NCBI RefSeq assembly: GCF_963921235.1
Contig: NC_086108.1
Coordinates: forward strand, 96,536,001 to 96,600,000
Source of the DNA: Mobula hypostoma
Lineage: Eukaryota
Direction of reading: 5' to 3'
DNA: 64,000 bases
Both the position numbers and the translations under genes were made by a program. The notes under the pieces were generated by a model. That model ran no database searches, had not been told where the DNA came from, and worked only from the letters and a program-made list of their open reading frames with translations. Position 1 is the first letter of the stretch. Each line of letters opens with the position of its first letter. Shown here piece by piece: positions 63,446-64,000 of this stretch.

Positions 63446-64000
63446 CTAGGTGGAAAAGAAGAAACAACATATTGTTAACAACTTTCATCTGAAGAATGCG
63501 AAGTACAGTTAAAAGTCAGTGCTTTCCCATTAATGGAAGTATAGGAACCTCAAGAGGAATTGCTGGAGGGTTGGATGGCAATGCAAGCCAGGTGAATGGT
63601 GGGCTAATGTTGCCTTAACTCCACTATGCAAGGGCAACTGCCTGTGATTTCACATGCAAAAAAGCTTTACTTGCAATAAAATGAACTATGCAAGCATCCT
63701 ACATTCTGGTTCTTTTTATATAGCTCTAATCATTACATCAGCATGCACCTAATAATAGACTCTACAAACTTAGTAGATTTTGTGTGTTTGTTTGTGTCAG
63801 ACAAGGTGAGGGTGCTGAGATGGAGTTCTGTTGTCACGGCCAGCATATTAGGAGAATGTGGAACTAATGCTGAATATTAGCCATGATCTTACTGAAAGGA
63901 AGAAAATATTTAAATAACAATATGGCTTAATTGATTTCCCCATTAATCCTATGGCAATATGGCAAACTGCTCTACTTCTTTTATTTACATGAAATTTTTA

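Overview
AT-rich eukaryotic DNA, roughly two-thirds transposon-derived. The repeat landscape (CR1, Rex1/Babar, RTE and HERO LINEs, Penelope-like elements, Gypsy, Tc1/pogo/hAT MITEs) suggests a cartilaginous fish such as a ray or shark (inference). Two host genes lie on the minus strand. (1) The last ten coding exons of the meiotic helicase HFM1/MER3 (63445 down to the stop at 42669), which splice into one uninterrupted frame ending LLSIFDGIF*. (2) A CpG-island promoter and first exon at about 13.9-14.2 kb, probably ZNF644 by vertebrate synteny (inference only). The most striking non-obvious signal is a dispersed family of Penelope-derived elements carrying minimal hammerhead-ribozyme cores (CUGAnGA-A-GGG/CCC-GAAA-CGUC). 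They occur as single copies, head-to-head fold-backs and core-less palindromes, several with 13-14 bp target-site duplications, and two sit sense-oriented inside one HFM1 intron. Also present: a hAT-like non-autonomous transposon with 6-bp TSDs whose two inverted copies bracket three HFM1 exons, three solo LTRs, and multi-level nested insertions. Repeat boundaries without a stated TSD are approximate, and family assignments come from motif recognition, not database searches.
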